Sequence record: DRR378314_409
DNA: 64,000 nucleotides
Direction: 5' to 3' (one strand)
Shown here: in pieces, positions 59,894 through 64,000 of the stretch
How the letters are laid out: every line of letters starts with the position of its first letter
Numbering within the stretch: position 1 is the stretch's first letter
Program-made: the position numbers and the translations under genes
The notes under the pieces: model-generated
What the model was told of the DNA's origin: nothing
What the model saw: only the letters and a program-made list of their open reading frames with translations
The model's database searches: none

Positions 59894-61039
59894 ATGAAAA
59901 ATAACGTGTATTTTAGTGAGGAGCATATGATGCTCCGCGATCAGGTGAAGAGATTTATTGCCGAAGAAGTTTTGCCATATGGGGATCAATGGGAGACGGC
60001 AGGCATGACCCCTCGGTCCGTGATCAAGAAGATGGGAGAGCTTGGGTTTCTAGGTATTCAATATGATCCCAAATATGGCGGCGCAGGTCTGGATGTGCTG
60101 GCAAGCGCCGTCTATGCGGAGGAGCTTGGTAAATCTTCTTTCGGCGGCTTTGCGATTACAGCGCTTGTTCACACGGATATGGCCTCCCCGCATCTTGCCA
60201 ATGCAGGAAACGAGGCACAAAAAGCTAAATATATGAGCGATATTATCGCTGGAAATATTGTGACCGCAGTAGCCGTCACTGAACCGGATGCAGGTTCAGA
60301 TGTGGCGGGGATCAAAACCCGCGCTGTTGAGGATGGCGATTATTGGGTGCTGAACGGAACCAAAATGTTCATCACAAACGGAGTCCATGCAGATCTATAT
60401 TTTGTGGCGGCCAAGACGGATATGACTGCAAAGGGTTCACGCGGCATCACCATTTTTATTGTTGAAAAAGGAGCGGATGGATTTTCCGTCGGACGCTCCC
60501 TCGACAAGATGGGATGGAAATCCTCCGATACAGCCGAGTTGGTTTTTGAGGACGTTCGGATCCATAAAGATAACGTGTTGGGGGAGGTTAATCGTGGATT
60601 TTATGCAATTATGCAAAATTTCCAAAACGAGCGAACGGTCCTCGGCGCTCAAGCGCTTGGTGAATGCCAAAAGGCGTTGGAGCTAACCTTGGAATATGTG
60701 AAAGGGCGTAAGGCGTTTGCCAAAACGCTATGGGATAAGGATGTTATCCGGCAGAGATTGGCGATGCGCCAAGCGGAGGTCGCGGCAGGTCAACAGCTCT
60801 TGTATCACGCGGCGTGGATGGACGCGAACGACATGGAGTGCGTCAAGGAAGTGTCTATGGTGAAAGCTTATTGCGGTGAGCTTGTGAACCGGGTGATGTA
60901 TGACTGTCAGCAGTTTCATGGTGGTTTTGGATATATGCGTGAAGCTCCAATTGAGCGGATGGCCAGAGATGCACGGGTGCATTCCATTGGCGGCGGAGCG
61001 ACCGAAGTCATGCTGGAGGAAATTGCTAAACGCTCCTGA
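59894..61039 (+). CDS. Acyl-CoA dehydrogenase (AtuD/LCAD-like)
   Basis: AVTEPDAGSD, NGTKMFITNG, QFHGGFGY, IGGGATEVM. Confidence 0.95.
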   Translation: MKNNVYFSEEHMMLRDQVKRFIAEEVLPYGDQWETAGMTPRSVIKKMGELGFLGIQYDPKYGGAGLDVLASAVYAEELGKSSFGGFAITALVHTDMASPHLANAGNEAQKAKYMSDIIAGNIVTAVAVTEPDAGSDVAGIKTRAVEDGDYWVLNGTKMFITNGVHADLYFVAAKTDMTAKGSRGITIFIVEKGADGFSVGRSLDKMGWKSSDTAELVFEDVRIHKDNVLGEVNRGFYAIMQNFQNERTVLGAQALGECQKALELTLEYVKGRKAFAKTLWDKDVIRQRLAMRQAEVAAGQQLLYHAAWMDANDMECVKEVSMVKAYCGELVNRVMYDCQQFHGGFGYMREAPIERMARDARVHSIGGGATEVMLEEIAKRS

Positions 61040-61167
61040 TTTCATATTCTCGCGGCCTCAAAAAAACGAAAACATGCTGGACATTCTTGCTGATGGCCGT
61101 CTAAAACCGGCTCAATTATAAATTATAACTTCGGTCAATTATCGCGACTGAGAAGGCGTCCTGTTAC

Positions 61168-61716
61168 ATGACAACTAAAGATATTGTCTATATTGCTTTG
61201 TTTGCAGCCTTGATGGCAGCCCTTGGTGTCGTTCCGCCCGTCCCCGCATCCGCGTTTGGTGTGCCGATTACGGCTCAATCATTGGGTCCTATGCTGGCTG
61301 GTGGTATCCTTGGTGCGCGCCGGGGTGGACTTTCTATGACATTGTTCGTGGCGCTGGTCGCTTGCGGCCTGCCATTACTGTCTGGTGGCCGCGGTGGGCT
61401 TGGTGTTTTTGCAGGGGCCAGTGGCGGTTTTGTCGTCGGTTTTATTGTCGCAGCTTTTGTTGTTGGCTTAATTGTTGAGCGGTTCTGGCAGAATTTGAAT
61501 ATGTTCCATGTTGCCATAGCCTCTGTGTTTGGCGGAATTCTGGTTCTGTATGGTATAGGTGTTCCCTGGTGGTCCTTGGCTGCCGAAGTTCCTGTGATGG
61601 ACGTTCTTAAAGGGTCAATGGTGTTCATTCCTGGTGACCTGATTAAAGCAGGGCTGGCAACGGCCATTATTCTGGTTACAAAAAAATCCTACCCGCTGAT
61701 TACGAGAACGGCTTAA
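61168..61716 (+). CDS. bioY: Biotin ECF transporter S component
   Basis: VPITAQSLG, GLPLLSGGRGG, FIPGDLIK. Confidence 0.93.
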   Translation: MTTKDIVYIALFAALMAALGVVPPVPASAFGVPITAQSLGPMLAGGILGARRGGLSMTLFVALVACGLPLLSGGRGGLGVFAGASGGFVVGFIVAAFVVGLIVERFWQNLNMFHVAIASVFGGILVLYGIGVPWWSLAAEVPVMDVLKGSMVFIPGDLIKAGLATAIILVTKKSYPLITRTA

Positions 61717-61739
61717 GTTCTAGAAGGTCACCTGAAGCG

Positions 61740-62417
61740 ATGATCAAGCTTGAGGATGTGAATGTTTCGCTTGATGGACGGGATATTCTGAAATCCATAT
61801 CGTTACACCTGCAAGAGCATCGGGTTGGGATTATCGGTCTTAATGGGTCGGGTAAAAGTACGTTTTCCCGCCTGTTAAATGGCTTGCAACTTCCCTCCTC
61901 GGGTAGCGTGTCTGTCGATGGCTTTGAGACGAAAGAAGATGGCAATCGGGTCCGGGCCCGGGTTGGTTTCGTCTTTCAGAATCCGGATAATCAGATTGTT
62001 TATCCGATTGTTCGCGAAGACCTTGCCTTCGGCCTGAAGAATATAGGCCTTTCTAAAACCGCGATCCAAAGTGCGGTTGATCGGATCTTAAGCGAATACA
62101 AGCTTGTTCATCTTGGCGATCGTTTGACGCATCAGTTAAGTGGCGGTGAGAAGCAAATGGTGGCGCTCCTCGGTGTGTTGGTGATGCGCCCTAACTATTT
62201 GGTGCTGGATGAGCCGACAACACTTCTGGATTTGCGAAATAAAAAGCGCCTGATGGATCATGTTGAGCTGCTGTCTCAAAGAGTGGTTATGGTCACTCAT
62301 GATCTGGATCTACTGACAGATTTTGACCGGGTAATTTGTATCCATGAAGGTGAGATTTATGCCGACGGGAAGCCTTCCGTTGTTCTGCAGCAGTATCGGG
62401 AGCTGTGTAGCCGATGA
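61740..62417 (+). CDS. bioM: Biotin ECF transporter ATPase
   Basis: GLNGSGKST, FQNPDNQ, LSGGEKQ, LDEPT. Confidence 0.9.
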   Translation: MIKLEDVNVSLDGRDILKSISLHLQEHRVGIIGLNGSGKSTFSRLLNGLQLPSSGSVSVDGFETKEDGNRVRARVGFVFQNPDNQIVYPIVREDLAFGLKNIGLSKTAIQSAVDRILSEYKLVHLGDRLTHQLSGGEKQMVALLGVLVMRPNYLVLDEPTTLLDLRNKKRLMDHVELLSQRVVMVTHDLDLLTDFDRVICIHEGEIYADGKPSVVLQQYRELCSR

Positions 62418-63037
62418 CCGGATTTTATTATCCTGCGCACTCCGTTATTCACCGCGTGCCTGCTGGCCTTAAGCTCTTGGCACTTGTGCTGTTAGGCACT
62501 TCGATTTTTCAGGTGGAACGGCTCGAAATTTTACTTGGCGTTTCCCTGATTGTTCCGCTGCTCGTCTTTGCCGCAAAGTTACCACTCATAACGCTTTGGC
62601 GGCAGTTGCGACCAGCGATTTGGGTGTTGGGATTTATCTTTGCGATCCAGTATCTGATGATTGGGTGGGAGGTTGCACTGTTTGTCGTTCTCAGATTTGC
62701 GATTCTGATTTTGGCGGCGGGAGTTGTCACTTTAACTACCAAAGTCTCCGAACTTGTTCGCGCGATCGAGACGGTGCTGCAGCCCTTTCGGCGCTGGATT
62801 AGTCCTGAGAAAGTCAGTATGGCCATTACGCTTGCTATCCGGTTTATTCCGGTGCTTTCTGCCATCACTGAAGAGGTGAGGGCGGCTCAGAAAGCGCGCG
62901 GGCATGAGCGAAACGTCCTGGCAATTTTGGTGCCGGTTATCGTGCGAACTTTAAAGATGGCAACGGAGGTAGCCGAAGCGTTAGATGCAAGATCGTTTGC
63001 AGTTCAGGGCCATCACCGATCAGAAAAAAATAGCTAA
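62414..63037 (+). CDS. bioN: Biotin ECF transporter T component
   Basis: HRVPAGLKL, LAIRFIP, AQKARG, ALDARS. Confidence 0.9.
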   Translation: MTGFYYPAHSVIHRVPAGLKLLALVLLGTSIFQVERLEILLGVSLIVPLLVFAAKLPLITLWRQLRPAIWVLGFIFAIQYLMIGWEVALFVVLRFAILILAAGVVTLTTKVSELVRAIETVLQPFRRWISPEKVSMAITLAIRFIPVLSAITEEVRAAQKARGHERNVLAILVPVIVRTLKMATEVAEALDARSFAVQGHHRSEKNS

Positions 63038-63510
63038 CCGGCCTGTTCGGCTGTCCAGGCTGCTAGTATGTCTCTGGCTTCTGCTGTTTTATCTTTGGAA
63101 TGAGCGGGCTCAATCGGGGCGGTGAGTTCAATGACATATCCATTGGGGTCCCGGAAATAAATGGACTTGATAAATTCATGATCTGCGACACCCCGGGTTT
63201 CGATCCCGGCGGCTTTTCCTTTTTCAAACATGGCCATCATATCATCCATGGTTACCTCAAGCGCGATATGCAGGTCATAATCATGCTGTTTCTTAAATTC
63301 GAATGGATTGTCTGGAACTTCAAAAAAGGCGAGGGCGGAGCCATCATCCAATTGATAGAAACTATGTAATGCTTTTGTTTCGCGCCCGGTTTTGCTTTCC
63401 TTAATCTCAAACGCCCGGATAAGCGGTAATCCCAGAAAGTCTTCGTAAAACTGACGCGTTTCCTCGGAATTGCGGCAGCGATAAGCGTTGTGATGTAGTC
63501 CCTTGATCAT
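63034..63510 (-). CDS. VOC (glyoxalase-like) family protein
   Basis: LHHNAY, FYEDFLGL, HIAL, SIYFRDPNGYVIEL. Confidence 0.9.
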   Translation of the reverse strand: MIKGLHHNAYRCRNSEETRQFYEDFLGLPLIRAFEIKESKTGRETKALHSFYQLDDGSALAFFEVPDNPFEFKKQHDYDLHIALEVTMDDMMAMFEKGKAAGIETRGVADHEFIKSIYFRDPNGYVIELTAPIEPAHSKDKTAEARDILAAWTAEQAG

Positions 63511-63681
63511 TGTCTTTACGTCCTTTTCCAGCGCAACCTCTTTCCTAATGTGAGGTCTTCAATAAGACTGGTCAAGACTATGCCAAGCATTGATGACGTT
63601 TTCCCTTGAGTTTCAGGTCGTTTTTCGTCATAACGCGGCCACAAATTCCTACTGAGCAATAGTGCTAGAGGCGTGGTCAGG

Positions 63682-64000
63682 ATGGCTAAAATTACAGAAT
63701 TAAACCCTCTTGCCCAATCAGCAAGACCAGATGGTAAACCGGATTATTTTGTTGAGCGGGATGGGCTTGTCTTTGCTGGAACCCATCTCATCGTGGATCT
63801 TTGGCAGGCTCAGCAGTTGAACGATCCGGAATTAATCGAGAGAACCCTCCGCGATTGCATTATTGCAGCAAACGCTACGCTATTGCATTTTCATATTCAT
63901 GCGTTTGAACCAAATGGCCTGTCCGGTGTAGCTGTGCTCGCAGAAAGTCATATCACATTTCATAGCTGGCCCGATCAAGGCTATATGGCACTGGATATTT
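63682..64000 (+). CDS. speD: S-adenosylmethionine decarboxylase proenzyme (3' truncated; absent from the ORF track)
   Basis: Manual translation MAKITELNP...FAGTHLIVDLW...NGLSGVAVLAESHITFHSWP...ALDI contains the ESH self-cleavage site. Confidence 0.93.
   Translation, partial: MAKITELNPLAQSARPDGKPDYFVERDGLVFAGTHLIVDLWQAQQLNDPELIERTLRDCIIAANATLLHFHIHAFEPNGLSGVAVLAESHITFHSWPDQGYMALDI

Noticed and set aside
61116-61128. TTATAAATTATAA upstream of bioY as a BioR box
   Set aside because: Spacing does not fit TTATMKATAA, and it may simply be an AT-rich -10 region

Overview
Gene-dense chromosomal window from a free-living alphaproteobacterium; the gene order and gene set suggest a marine Sneathiellales/Rhodospirillales-like organism (inference). 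It holds housekeeping genes (ftsH-folP-glmM-thiD, serC-serA, hisZ-purA, speD), a sigmaE-ChrR singlet-oxygen locus with furan/methyl fatty-acid genes, hutF/hutG, an autotransporter with rOmpA-like repeats, two TRAP systems, gap-arsJ, an Atu/Liu-like carboxylase cluster with bioYMN, and an unassigned LysR-controlled N-aromatic catabolic island. I saw no tRNA, rRNA, IS element or CRISPR array. The most interesting signals are: (1) the island at 45-54 kb (3-hydroxyanthranilate dioxygenase, orphan Mo-hydroxylase large subunit, non-canonical DapA-family lyase, NadX, TRAP), whose two divergent promoters share a GTTAT-N11-ATACC motif; (2) five (T/A)(G/A)ATCC-N16/17-CGTA sigmaE promoters, one of which points into a hairpin-rich non-coding stretch (candidate sRNA); (3) a membrane-anchored pseudokinase operon behind a perfect CtrA box; (4) an ArsR-less gap-arsJ operon with Pho-box-like repeats. 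All functional calls come from motif recognition by eye; no database searches were run.
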